From Octopus vulgaris (lineage: Eukaryota): a DNA stretch of 64,000 nucleotides. Positions 26,529 through 41,252 of the stretch are shown here, piece after piece. The stretch is taken from positions 17,856,001-17,920,000 of the forward strand of contig OX597830.1 in NCBI GenBank assembly GCA_951406725.2. Direction: 5' to 3'. The stretch's first letter is position 1. Each line of letters starts with the position of its first letter. A program made the translations under genes and the position numbers. The notes beneath the pieces are model-generated. The model was not told where the DNA came from. It was given only the letters and a program-made list of their open reading frames with translations, and did no database searches.

Positions 26529-27574
26529 CATAGGCAGTAATATACATTGATAACGTAAACCAATAGAAATTTACATAGATAACGGTCTTATTTTTTAAAT
26601 TTTACTTTATATTATATATTTATCATAATTTGGTTTTTACTTTTATTTCTTTGCCTTATACTATATTTTTATTTTTTAATATTATTTTTTTTTAATTATT
26701 AGCATATACATACACACAATAAACAGATGAATCTTAATCTTCTTCGTCTGTTAATAAAATCCAATCCATCAACATGTAACTCTTTCTATTGTACTCTAGC
26801 CCTGATGAGATTCTACGATTCTACGATTCTCGTACTCAATACAGGATGTTTCAAAAGTCTATGTCACGTTCTAAGAACTCTTAAGTCATAAACTACAAAT
26901 GGCAGCATAAGTGAACTGCTACCATTTATGAGCTAAAATGTCAAGTTTTCTTCTGTTTATTTAATTTAAATTTAATTAATTTGATTTTGTTTTGCTTTTT
27001 GTCTCTTTTCAGATCCAGTGACGTCCTTCACAAAACAAGAGAAGTCATTTTGTGCCCTATAATACGCTAAAACTGAATCATGGACACGTGTTCAACGCTA
27101 ATTTCGTACAACGTTTACCAAACAGACACCAGAAGGATGTTCCATTTTGAATATAATGAGGAGGGATGTGTTTTAACACAAAAACAAACTTGACACTTTT
27201 AGCTTTTAAATGGTACCAGTTCAATTATGCTACCATTTGTGGTTCATGATACAAGAGTTCTTAGAATGTGACATAGTCTTTTGAAACACCCTGTATTATT
27301 GAAAATGTTATTTTATTTTAATCCTTGGATTTATTCCAATCTTGGAATTTGCAATTGTAAATTGGACTGGATTGAAACGTGCGTAGGCTTTTATTTGGCA
27401 GTATGTTAATAAATTAATTTTATATCCTTACCAATTCTCCATTCTTCTTTAATGATATTTATACTTATAACAATCTCATATATATCGAAGAGATATTTCT
27501 CATTGGTGTTGGTGATAGAATCAGTGAAATCTCGGATATAATAGTCCCTTATGAGGATAAGATCTCCTCGCATG

Positions 27575-27656
<82 letters not shown>

Positions 27657-28002
27657 CTAATGTAGGATAAAAAATTTTTCGGGAAAAACTTTTTATCAAT
27701 GGCCAACATATCAAAAAATACCTTTAAAGGTTAAATTTATAAATAATTTACAAGATAAGGGCAAAAGAAAAATTCTAATGCCAAATATGCCGAAAAAAAG
27801 ACAAGAATTGTCAATAACCATTAAAATTTATGCGTCTCGAAACAAACCGATAGAAATCTCTAAAAATTTCGTTATTACCGTATTGGTCCAATTTCGGGGT
27901 TAATTCATAAGAAATTTTCCTCTCTTCAGCGGCAAATACGCGAGATATAAGTGAAATACTTACTCATACCCTTATCGTGTAAATCTTTTGCCCTTATCTT
28001 GT

Positions 28003-28071
<69 letters not shown>

Positions 28072-28438
28072 CAAAACAGTTTTATTCCGATTCCGTACTA
28101 CTTAGAGTTCTAAAACCCATAGCGGGAGCCTTTCTTCAGGACAGTGAAACTGGCCGAAGGAAAGGCCCTCCATACGGGCTTTGAAATTTTTAGTAGCACG
28201 CGATCCGAATCAAACTGTTTTGAACAATATGTGTAGCCCCAATGTTCGTTTGGCCATCAACTTATATATATATATATTTGAAAAAAGGCTTGAAAATGCA
28301 AAGGTCTTTATATTTTGTTTTTGATAATCTTTTTCTAAAATGTGAAACCGGTTAAGTCAATAAACATCTCGAAAAGACCTTTTCAAACTTTCTTTCATAT
28401 ATATTTTCACTCGTGCGGTACCTTACAACTTTACTTTG

Positions 28439-28527
<89 letters not shown>

Positions 28528-28730
28528 GAGATATAGTGATAGAGATAGATAGATGAGAGAGAGAGATGATAGAGAGATAATGAACTGATATGTAGACAGA
28601 CAAATAATATTATTAAAAAGCAGACAAGGTGGTATTCCAAGCTTTATAAAACATGTACGCTTTTCGACAAAATTATTGTGATTTTATTTATATAATCCGC
28701 ATAGACATAAGTATAACTGTCTATCTATCA

Positions 28731-28791
<61 letters not shown>

Positions 28792-28801
28792 TGTGCGAGT
28801 A

Positions 28802-28860
<59 letters not shown>

Positions 28861-29358
28861 TGAGAGAGAGAGAGAGAGACTTACATACCCACACAGATAC
28901 TCTCTTCACTCTTTTTCTTGTTTCAGTCATTTGACTGTGGCCATGCTGGAGCACCGTCTTTAGTCGAGCAAATCGACCCTAGGACTTATTCTTTGTGAGC
29001 CTAGTGCTTATTCTATCGGTCTCTTATGCCCAATCGCTAAATTACGGGGACGCAAACACACCACCATCGATTGTCAAGCGATGTTGGGGGGGACAAACAC
29101 AGACACACAAACATATAAACACAACTACACATACATATACTTATATACGACAGTTTTCTTTCAGTTTCCGTCAACCAAATCCTCTCACAAGGCTTTGGTC
29201 GGCCCGAGGCGATAGCAGAAGACACTTGCACAAGGTGCCACGCAGTGGGAATGAACCCGGAACCACACAGCCACTCCTGCGCCTACGTTATAAATAGATA
29301 GATTAGATAGATATATAGATAGATAGATATATAGATAGATAGATAGATAGATAGATAT

Positions 29359-29433
<75 letters not shown>

Positions 29434-30073
29434 TTATGCATATGTATCTTCATGCACACACATACAATATATACATTCTGAATGAGGATAGATTAGTTGA
29501 ATAAGCATCGGAATTGTGAGTAGGCGTTTGATTAGGGGTTTTGGTGGGTGATTGAAGGCGGTTGTTTCCAATTATATTGTTTCGTTATATACATATACCG
29601 ACATAAACATATTCATTCATACATACATGCATAAATATATATTATCTCTGTACACACACACAGACACACACAAAGCTCGTATAGCAATGACCTCACGCTG
29701 GGGTTAGCAATTAATCATTGAACTTAGGTCTCTGTTGTTTTATCACACAATCCTTAACATACGATACGGATGCTTGGTTACATACATTCATAATTATATA
29801 TATGCAGTGTGTCCATACATATAAATATATATATATATATATATATCTTTATGAGTATGTATGTATATGCGTATATATGTAGTTATAAGTACATATGTGC
29901 ATCTGCATATATGCTTGACGCAAGATATTCTTTTATGATGCAAATTGTACTGGTTGTTTGCGGTTTGCTATGAATGATTGCTGGACAGTTAGACACATTT
30001 TCTGATAGAGAAAACCGTGCATAGGAAGGCGGAATGTAGATATATAGATAGACATACAGACAAACAGATAAAC

Positions 30074-30240
<167 letters not shown>

Positions 30241-30244
30241 TAGC

Positions 30245-30372
<128 letters not shown>

Positions 30373-30489
30373 ACGGATAGCTAAATGATTTCAGTCTATC
30401 GACTGCGGCTTTGAAGAGGCATCGTGGATTCCATTGGATCATATGGACATCAGTATACGCACCCATACACCTATGCAACCACACACACG

Positions 30490-30524
<35 letters not shown>

Positions 30525-30812
30525 CGAATATTTATAAATATGTCTATGTACATACATATACGCTTACGTCTATGTGTGCAAATGTGAGCGTGTCTATATA
30601 CATACATATATTTGTATGTGTGTGTGAGTCTGTGTATGTATGTATATATGTATGTGTGTGTGTAAAGAGAGACGCATTTACACACACACATACATACATA
30701 CAACACGCCTACGCCCATACATCTACACACGCGCATACACACACGCACAGATGCGCACGGACACATATGCGCGCACCAACGCGCGTATTTCTACTTAAGT
30801 ACGTATATATAT

Positions 30813-30855
<43 letters not shown>

Positions 30856-30872
30856 TACATATATATATATAC

Positions 30873-30908
<36 letters not shown>

Positions 30909-30939
30909 GCATCCATATATATGTATATATATAAACATA

Positions 30940-31056
<117 letters not shown>

Positions 31057-31061
31057 GTATG

Positions 31062-31122
<61 letters not shown>

Positions 31123-32559
31123 CATGAATGTTTATGAATGTGTGTATCACATTAGATAATTTGACTGAATGATTGAAAGATTGATTACTAGAAAACGAGA
31201 AAGAGGGAAAAAGAGATTTGGATAATATATTATTGTGGCCTCCCCTCCGAGTTTAATTATTAATGATTGATTTTGAAGGCTGAGTACTTTCAAGTGTATA
31301 TGTTTTACACAAAGAAAGATGATATTCGAGCATTGTCGGACGTTCGGCCGGTCTCGGTTGATTCCGGTGTATTAAAAACTACAGCGATGGCGGCGTGTAT
31401 GAAAAAAGCTTTTAGCGCTCTCAGTTCTTGTCATTTTATTGCCTTTTTATGACAGCGACGTCGGGAACGTATATTCTGGATGACAAGGCGGCGAGATGGC
31501 AGAAACGTTAGCACGCCGGGCGAAATGCTCAGCAGTATTTCGTCTGTCGCTACGTTCTGAGTTCAAATTCCGCCGAGGTCGACTTTGCCTTTCATCCTTT
31601 CGGGGTCGATAAATTAAGTACCAGTTACGAACTAGGGTCGATATAATCGACTTAATCCATCTGTCTGTCCTTGTTTGTCCTCTCTGTGTTTAGCCCCTTG
31701 TGGGTAGTAAAGAGATAAGTATTCCGTCTGTCTTTACGTTCTGAGTCAAATTCTGCCAAGGCCAACTTTGCCTTTCATCCTTTCGGGGTCGATTAAATAA
31801 GTACCAGTTACGCACTGGGGTCGATATATTCGACTTAATCCGTTTGTCTGTCCTTGTTTGTCCTCTCTGTGTTTAGTCCCTTGTGGGTACTAGGGAGGAA
31901 GGGAGGAAGCACTCCGTCGGTTACGACGATGAGGGTTCCGGTTGATCCGAATCAACTGAACAGCCTGCTCGTGAAATTAACGTGTAAGTGGCTGAGCACT
32001 CCACAGACACGTGTACCCTTAACGCAGTTCTTGGGGATATTCAGCGTGACACAGAGAGTGACAAGGCCGGCCCTTTGAAATACAGGTACAACAGAAACAG
32101 GAAGTAAGAGTGAGAGAAAGTTGTGGTGAAAGAGTACAGCAGGGATCACCACCACCCCCTGCCGGAGCCTCGTGGAGCTTTAGGTGTTTTCGCTCAATAA
32201 ACACTCACAACGCCCGGTCTGGGAATCGAAACCGCGATCCTATGACCGCGAGTCCGCTGCCCTAACCACTGGGCCATTGCGCCTCCACCTTGTGGGTACT
32301 AATGAAATAGGTATTTCGTCTGCCGTTACGTTCTGAGTTCAAATTCCGCCGAGGTCGACTTTGCCTTTCATCCTTTCGGGGTCGATTAAATAACTACCAG
32401 TTACGCACTGGGGTCGATATAATCGACTTAATCCGTTTATCTGTTCTTGTTTGTCCCTTCTGTGTTTAGCCCCTTTTGGGTAGTAAAGAAATAGGTATAT
32501 TCTGGATGAGCTAGTTGTTCCCGGTATACCCACAAAAAGTGATTAATCTATCGTAAGCA

Positions 32560-32945
32560 TCGGTTTCAAACTTTGGCACAAGGCCAGCAGTTTCGGGCGG
32601 CGGGGGTACTAAGTCAATTACATCGATCCTTGTACTCAATTGGTACTTATCTTATCGACCGCGAAAGGCTGAAAGACAATGTTGACCTCGGCGAATTTAA
32701 ACTCAGAATGTAAAGACAGATGAAATATTACTAAGCATTTTACTCAAGGCGGTGGAAACGGCTCCACCAGCTCAGCGCCTTAAATCTATCACAAGTATGG
32801 GTTTCAAATTTTGACACAAGGCCTGTAATTTCGGGGGAGTGGGCAACTCGTTTACATCGACTCCAGTGTTTCAACTGCTACTTATTTTATTAATCTCGAT
32901 AAAATGTAAGGTAAAGTCGGCCCAACGGATGTTAACATAAAGCTA
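32560..32945 (-). mobile_element. Two tandem diverged SINE family B copies
   Basis: Reverse-complement B bodies with CTTGTG(C/T)CAAA tails, separated by a diverged repeat of the flank (AATCTATC..). Confidence 0.75.
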
Positions 32946-33544
32946 AAGACTAGCGAAAAATATATATATATTTACATATATGCAAATTTAAAGCATAAAT
33001 TTGTCATTTATTTAAGGAGCACAAATGGAAACATGATTAGGAAGTAAGAATTATCAATTTATTAATAAATAATTATTAACTTTCAGCAGTCCATTTTCTC
33101 TTCTACTAATTGAATTCTTTTACAAGACTTAGAAAAGCTTAAGGATTGCTCACTGCAATGAGTGTGTGAATCTGGGAGGGCAATTTGTTTAATAATATCA
33201 TAATTAACTGATCCTCCTGTGTTCTCTTTTACCCAAAGCTAGGAACTTTTCAGCACCACCTCATATATATATTAATATTTCTAAATCTCTCTAAAGGAAA
33301 CTACGGCAGCGGTACTGGATATTAATAGTTATCACCAAGCTAAAATCCACATCGATGTTGAACCAGCAACGAGAAGCTGCTGACCTCTCCTGTTCGAAGG
33401 TTATAATGGACACCAGGTTTGTGTGTCACATAGCTAGCTAGAGGCGATGGCCTCTTGGAGCTAATCAACGGCCGCATTCGTCCTATTTTTCTGGACTGCC
33501 ATGTTGGCTTGGCGATAACTATTAATATATATATATATATAGAC

Positions 33545-33645
<101 letters not shown>

Positions 33646-34740
33646 CAGAGAGAGAGAGAGACAGAGAGAGACAGAGAGACAGACAGACAGACAGACGGAC
33701 AGACAGACATGCAGACAATTTTCAGTTTGTTAGAGGTGATTCACTCAGAATTGTTGCCTCTAAACCATCAAGAAGACGGTTCATGTGGAGACTCAAAAAA
33801 GTTTCTGTGAACATATGAACATTTGATTGTTGAAACTTGTTTTTCCGGATTTTAATTTGTAACATGAAACACAGTTAGGCTAATACATACATACATACAT
33901 ACATACATACATACATACATACATACATACACACACACACATACATACATACATGCACACATACATACATACATACATACATACATACATACATGTATGC
34001 ATGCATACATACATACACACACACATACATACATACATACATATATACATACATACATACATACATACATACATACATACATGTATGCATACATACACAC
34101 ACACACATACATACATACATACATACATACATACATACATACATACATACATACATACATACATACATACATACATACATACATACATGTGGCAAGCTTC
34201 CGAGCATTTTCTATTGGCAAAATTTCATTCATAACGTATTTGCTATACTTACGTGGGGGTGAACGATAATTGCCTAAATAGCCGTCCACATAACGGAATT
34301 GAAACCGGAAACGATTATGAGGCTTTCTTAACCACACAACCATATTTATACCCATTCAATCAGTTTTATTTACCGAATGTTTTCAGTAAAAGATTCCTTG
34401 TTTTTTTGTTTTTTTTCCTCTATGAATGTGAAAAATGTGAAGTGAACCAAATCTACGTAAAAATGACTATTCTCAGATTCTTCTATGTTTTTGGAAGCCA
34501 TAATTTGAAGCCAAATTTGGAACGAAGATTTCAAACGTGTAATAACAGAATGTTCTATTTGGGGAGGACTGAGCGATCTTAAATTGCAGCCAGTTGGTGT
34601 CTGACGTGAAGCGAAACCTCGGATTGGTGGAGGGATGTTTCTCGTGTACTGTTGAGAAGGTTTTAGTAAATTTATTGTGATTGTGAGTAGCGTGTGGAGA
34701 TTTTATGATGTGTTTTATGCTGATCTTCTCACCGTTGAGG

Positions 34741-34766
34741 ATAATGATGATGATGATGACGACGAC

Positions 34767-34836
<70 letters not shown>

Positions 34837-34996
34837 GTGGTGGTGATGATGATGATGATGTTGATGATGATGATGATGATGACGATGATGACGACGACGA
34901 CGATGGTGATGATGATGATGATGATGATGACGATGACGACGATGACGATGATGATGACGATGATGATGACGATGATGACGACGACGATGATGATGG

Positions 34997-35038
<42 letters not shown>

Positions 35039-35270
35039 CGACGACGACGACGACGATGGTGATGATGATGATGATGATGATGATGATGACGACGACGACG
35101 ACGATGACGATGACGATGATGATGACGATGATGATGGTGGTGTCGTTGCTGCCTGAAATGATAATGATAATGTTGAGGCGGAGAATGATATAGATGATGG
35201 TGACGGTAATGGTGATAGTGACGACGACGACGACGACGATGATGATGATGATGATGATCATCATCATCAT
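34741..35270. repeat. (GAT)n/(GAC)n microsatellite
   Basis: Compound trinucleotide run. Confidence 0.97.
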
Positions 35271-37118
35271 GTGTAACCTAGTTGTTAGGCTATTAGACTT
35301 CTGATCGTAGGGTCATAGGTTCAATTCTAGGACTGGGCAGCACGTTGTGTCTTTGAGGAAGGCACTTTCCTTTATATTACTTCTGTTCACTCAGCTAAGA
35401 TTGAATTGCGTTTGCTACAGAGCGGTGTGTACCAAACTGTTGACCCAAACCTTGCAAATGCAAAGATGTTCAGAGCTTTAATGGCGACGGCAAACTGGAT
35501 GATTCTGTTACATACACACAACATCCTTGACTGAATTTAAAAGAAGGTTGCTTGAGTGATTGGTGTAGACTGTCTCTTACTATTCTCACACACTACCTCA
35601 CTGGGCCTCTCTTTCCTCTCCCTCTCCCTCTCTCTCCTCTCCCTCCCTCTCTCTCCTCTCCATCCCCCTCTCTCCTCTCCATCCCCTCTCCCTCTCTCTC
35701 TCTCCTCTCCCTCCCTTTACTTTCTCTCTCTCCTCAGCGGCTCAGTGGATGACATGCTGAACTTCTACAGCATGTCATCTGCTGAGCCGTTTCCTTGTGG
35801 ATATCACCAGTCCATTAGCAGGAAAGTCAACATCGTACGTGAACAATTCCACCCACTTCACAGAATTGGTCAAGGATACCCCCATTGAACCCAACTAAAT
35901 GGTAAGTCTAGATGTGATAAGTCTGTTCACCAAAGTCCGAACTGGTGAAGCACTATCGGTGCTTCAAGAAAACTAGTGACAGACACCCATCTAAAAGAAC
36001 GCACTAGTATACTAATAAGATGGAAATGTTGACCTTCTGTATAGAAACTACCTACTTCAGTATGGACACTGATATATATCGACAAGAAGAGAGTTTAGCT
36101 ATGGGTTCTATAATATTATTCCATGTATATAATAGTCAATATATTCATGGAATACTTTGAGAATTTGGCTTTAGGATCAACACCACTAAAACCAACCCTA
36201 TGGCTGCGATATGTTGATGACACCTTTATACTCTGGCCCCACCAGGAAGATTTCCAAGTTCCGTTAGATCATGTGAACTCAATAAAGCCATCCATATAGT
36301 TCACAATGGAAAAAGAAAAAGAAAGCTAGCATTCCTGGACGTATTAATAACACGCATCAAGTATGGATTCAGGACATCTGTATACCGCAAGCCGACCTTC
36401 ACTAGACGATACCTCAACTTCAACTCTCACCATCCATACGGTGTAAAGAGAGGGACTGTTCAGTGCCTAAAACATTAAGCAAAGAATATAAGAAGCGATC
36501 GTAATACACACCACGAAGAAATGATCAAGCTCAATAACATTCTATTAAGCAACAACTACCCAAAAAGACATACTAACCACTCCAATTATGAAGAAAAAAG
36601 AGGATGAAACCAATAAACTGTCCACAGTCTGTCTACCCTATGTGAAAGGCCTCTCGGAAAAGATACAACAGATATGCGGTCCATATGACATAAGGACAGT
36701 ATCCAAGAGTAATACAACACTTCACAAATACCTCCTTCGAGTAAAACCACAGATAGAAGAGAATATGACCAAAGACTGCGTGTATTCCATCCCATGCAAC
36801 TGTGGTAGGTTATACAAAGGCGAAACATGCCGCCTCCTCATAATAAGGGTAGACGAACATCGCAAACCTGTGACACGAGGAGATATTGATAAATCGGGTA
36901 TAGCTGATCATGAATGGGAAAATGGAGACCATATCCCCCTGTGGGATGAAGTTAAATAATAGAGAACACCACTGGAAAATACGAAAACTAAAAGAAGCAG
37001 CACAAGAACTTCTTGAGCAGACCGAGTGCAGATATGAATAGCATATGGGAACTGGTATTATGGAAGGATAGAAAAATATTAGATTTATAAGCCCTAAAAT
37101 TCACTCCATAATTGACCA

Positions 37119-37190
37119 CGGGCATGTGGAGTAGTAGTTAAGAACGCGGGCTACTAACTACAAGATTCCGAGTTCGATTCCAGGCAGTGA
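37119..37190 (+). promoter_or_regulatory. tRNA-derived segment with Pol III A- and B-box-like motifs
   Basis: TGGAGTAGTAGTTAAG (A-box-like), GGCTACTAAC (anticodon-arm-like), GAGTTCGATTCC (B box, 37170-37181). Confidence 0.7.
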
Positions 37191-37207
37191 CAATAATAAT
37201 AATAAGT

Positions 37208-37249
37208 CACCTGAGGAAGGCTGGAGGGTATATCAGCCGAAACGTTGTG
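37208..37249 (+). ncRNA. Minimal type I hammerhead ribozyme of the Penelope 3' pLTR
   Basis: CAC-CUGAGGA-A-GGCUG..CAGCC-GAAA-CG-UU-GUG; palindromic AACGUU stem III. Confidence 0.8.
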
Positions 37250-38047
37250 TTAACAACAAACAAGATGAGGTCAAATGTAAGTAATGTAAATAATATATCT
37301 ATCTATCAACCTCTTTTATATCTTTACTACGGTGGCCTCTGCTCCATCGATTCAGTTAAATGATTATCAATCTCTCCCTAGACTTAGCCGTTACACTGAT
37401 CTCACTTCTCGCCATTAACTTGACTCATCCCTCAAATTCTTGATTAGCCACACAACGCCAAATTTCTGGAATCCCTTGCGTGGTACACGTTTCGTTTTTC
37501 TATCTCCTGTAAACGTCAACTAACGACGTTCAAATAAAACATCCACTGTAAAGATTTCACCAGTTTCGGGTTGAGGGTAGCTGTGCAAGTTAGAAGCAGT
37601 TCCTCTTCCCTTGAGTAAGCCATAAGAAAATGATAATCAATAGACTGAAACTGCAGGCGTTCAATGTCTTTAGGAACAATTAAGAATGGAAAAAACACAA
37701 CAGCCACTGAACATAATTTGTCTTTGTTATAGCTGTTGTAGATGTTCAAGCCCTGGTCAGACCTCTTTGAACTGTTTGTGGAGATTTGTTATAAAAAACG
37801 TGCTAGCCGTAGGAAACCGCAGCCATTCAGTCTCACTCTGTATTTAGAAACTATACTGTCCCGTCCATACTGCTTTCTTTAAGTAGGTAAGGTGGGGATA
37901 TGAGGGATATTTGATTACGCTTTCTAGCAGGTGGAACGAACATAAAAATGCATTTTTCATTGACGAATATACTTGAATACGTGCTTATGTAGCTCTCTGT
38001 ATATCTTGTGTAAATATTTATGTGAGAAAAAGGGACAGAGAGAGAAA

Positions 38048-38087
<40 letters not shown>

Positions 38088-38966
38088 CGAGAACAATTCT
38101 GTACATTGGATTCTTCCTTTGTTTGTCGTTGTTTTCTTGTAAACTTTTGTCGATGGTTTTAGCAAAGAGTAAAAAGTATTATTAAGAACATAATATTGAT
38201 ATTTATAAAAAGGCGACGAAATAAATCGTTGATTCATAGACTGATTGACTGACTTACAACGTTTCACCTATGTCTGTAAATAAGTACCACATTATTTATT
38301 TATATATGTGTGTATATCTGTGTATGAATGCGTGTATATATACGTGTACAACATGTCTGATTGTCTATGTGTTTGTTTGAGTATTATGTGTGATTACGTA
38401 TTTGAGCGTGTGTGTGAGTTTGTATGTGTGAGTTTGTGTGTGTGTGTGTGTGTATAAATTTTTATGTGTTCGTGATATGAATGTGAATGGAACTGATATG
38501 AATTAAATTACATGCTAATTTTTCAAGAGATAAACTAAATCATATTTTTTTCCTTGCTCAAATTGTGTCATTATGCATGCAACAATGAAAAAAAAAGTTT
38601 TGATTGAAAGCAGCCGACACCATATTATACAAAAATAAATAGTTATAGAATAATAAAATAAGATTGTCAACCTTATATAAAATGACAAAGCATTAGGAAA
38701 AATGACGGTAGCTGTACAGTTGATTCGTTGATTTATTTCTGATAAATAAATCTATATCACACTTCAAATGTATACTCGAACAAGGAAAAACAAATGAAAA
38801 ATATTAACGCGTCTCGCTCTTCCCATTGTGGTTTTTATTAATAGCTTTGCTTTGTGTAACAACGCATACACAATCTGACACGTATATATGTTCCCCATTA
38901 CTCTATAAGTATGCGTGTACATACACACACACACATGTATATCTATCTATCAATATATACATATAC

Positions 38967-39045
<79 letters not shown>

Positions 39046-39895
39046 CATTTATATATATATGGATATGCATATCATATATAAACACACACATGCCTATATA
39101 AATAGTATACCTATATATATATTATATACATATAAATATCTACTTATACATATGTATTTATATGTATATACACACACATATATATATATATATATTCCAT
39201 ACGTATTTTATATCATATAATATACACACACATATATATATAATATACACATGATATATATGTGAGTGTATCTTTACACATATGCACACACACATACCCA
39301 AACATATGTTATGCACGTGTGTTATGCAAATAGATATGTAAATAGATATTATATATATGTGTGTGTGTGTGTCTGTGTGTCTCTGTGTGTGTATAAATAT
39401 CTATATATATATATATATATATATATACATACAACTGCAATAATAACGATAGTGACAACAACAACAACCAAAATGATATTACCTTTGCTTTTTTTCTCGT
39501 TTTGTGTTTTTGTTAAATTCATGTTTCATGTTAAATTCATTTATTCATGTTTTGAAGCGACAATATATGATTTTGGTTCAAAAGACTTATAAACAGAAAT
39601 AACTAAACTTCTCATGGGTTGCATTTTATATCAAGAGTATATAGTTAAGTGTCAACTAACATATAATGTAGTGAGCCAAAACAAATTTCGATCTGGCCAA
39701 GCAGCTACTCAGTGTTGATAAAGGGTAATAACTCAGAAACTAGTCCACAGTTGTTGTTTTGCGCTAGGTAGGAATGCTGAACTCCCTGTTCGAAAATATA
39801 AGGACACAGATATCGTGTCGTGTAGCCAGCTAGAAACGATGTTTCTTGGGGCTAAAACAACAGTAACATCGTCCCTTCCAGGACAGCCACATTAT

Positions 39896-40268
39896 GTGGC
39901 TGTGTGGTAAGTAGCTTGTTTACCAGCCACATGGTCCCGGGTTCGGTTCTACTGCGTGGCACCTCGGGCAAGTGTCTTCTACTATAGCCTCGGGCCGACC
40001 AAAGCCTTGTGAGTGCATTTGGTAGACGGAAACTGAAAGAAGCCCGTCGTATATGAGTGTGTGTGTGTGTTTGTGTGTGTGTTTGTACACCCACCATCAC
40101 TTGACAACCGATGCTGGTGTTTACGTCCCCATAATCCAGCGGTTCGGCAAAAGATATCGATAGAATAAGAATTAGGCTCACAAAGAACAAATTCTGGGAT
40201 CGAATTGTTCGACTAAATGCGGTGTTCCAGCATGGCCACAGTCAAATGACTGAAACAAATAAAAGAAT
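39896..40268 (+). mobile_element. SINE family A
   Basis: Family A head, core and tail. Confidence 0.9.
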
Positions 40269-40458
40269 GATTAATAAATTAAACCCTAATAAAAAGGAAT
40301 ATCATTAGCTTTCAAGATAATTCTGGTCAAGAAAGGCAAGGCAGAAAATTTCGCTATTTAAGTTTATTAAAACTTGAATAAGTGCATATGTAGGAAAGTG
40401 AGGCTTTGAAGAACGTATTCTCGAGAACTTTTCCCTCGCCAATATTTTAAGCTGCCTA

Positions 40459-41252
40459 AGGCGGCGAGCTGGCAGAAATGTTAGCACGCCGGGCGAAATG
40501 CTTTCCGGTATTTCGTCTGCAGTTACGTTCTGAGTTCAAATTCCGCCGAGGTCGACTTTGCCTTTCATCCTTTCGGGGTCGATTAAATAAGTACCAGTTA
40601 CGCACTGGGGTCGATGTAATCGACTTCATCCTTTTGTCTGTCCTTGTTTGTCCCCTCTGTGTTTAGCCCCTTGTGGGTAGTAAAGAAATAGGTATTTCGT
40701 CTGTCGTTACGTTCTGAGTTCAAATTCCGCCGAGGTCAACTTTGCCTTTCATCCTTTCGGGGGCGATTAAATAAGTACCAGTTACGCACTGGGGTCGATA
40801 TAATCGACTTAATCCGTTTGTCTGTCCTTCTTTGTCATCGTGTTTAGTAAAGAAATAGGTATTTCGTCTGCCGCTACGTTCTGAGTTCAAATTCCGCCGA
40901 GGTCGACTTTGCTTTCATCCTTTCAGGGTCGATAAATAAAATACCAGTTGCGTACTGGAGTCGATATAATCGACTGTCACTCTCCCCCAAAACGTCGGGC
41001 CTTGTGCCTAGAGTAGAAAAGAATATTTTAAGCTGTCTATGGCGGCGAGCTGGCACAAACGCTAGCACGCCGGGCGAAATGCGTAGCGGTATTTCATCTG
41101 CGTTACGTTGTGAGTTCAAATTCCGCCGAGGTCGACTTTGCCTTTCATCCTTTCGGGGTCGATAAATTAAGTACCAGTTACGCACTGGGGTCAATCTAAT
41201 CGACTGGCTCACCTCCCCAAAAATGTCGGGCTTTGTGCCTAGAGTAGAAAAG
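40459..41252 (+). mobile_element. SINE family B stack (40459-41021) followed by a second B monomer (41040-41252)
   Basis: 18-bp target AATATTTTAAGCTG(C/T)CTA present three times (40441, 41022, 41253). Confidence 0.9.

Larger units (their letters stand above)
35738..37295 (+). mobile_element. Decayed, 5'-truncated Penelope/Poseidon-type retroelement (RT plus GIY-YIG)
   Basis: MVSLDVISLFTKV, YRQEESLAMGS, WLRYVDDTF, FLDVLI, VYRKPT..YLNFNSHHP, CVYSIPCNCGRLYKGET..RVDEH..SGIADH; 3' hammerhead. Confidence 0.93.

Noticed and set aside
34473-35270. Poly-Asp / poly-Met / poly-Ile ORFs (also 58280-59368), superficially like acidic biomineralisation proteins
   Set aside because: Pure (GAT)n microsatellite, open in several frames, with no signal peptide or splice context
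37119-37190. Functional tRNA gene (likewise the SINE heads at 17202, 26089 and 59976)
   Set aside because: A/B boxes are present but no complete cloverleaf with a paired acceptor stem; tRNA-derived only
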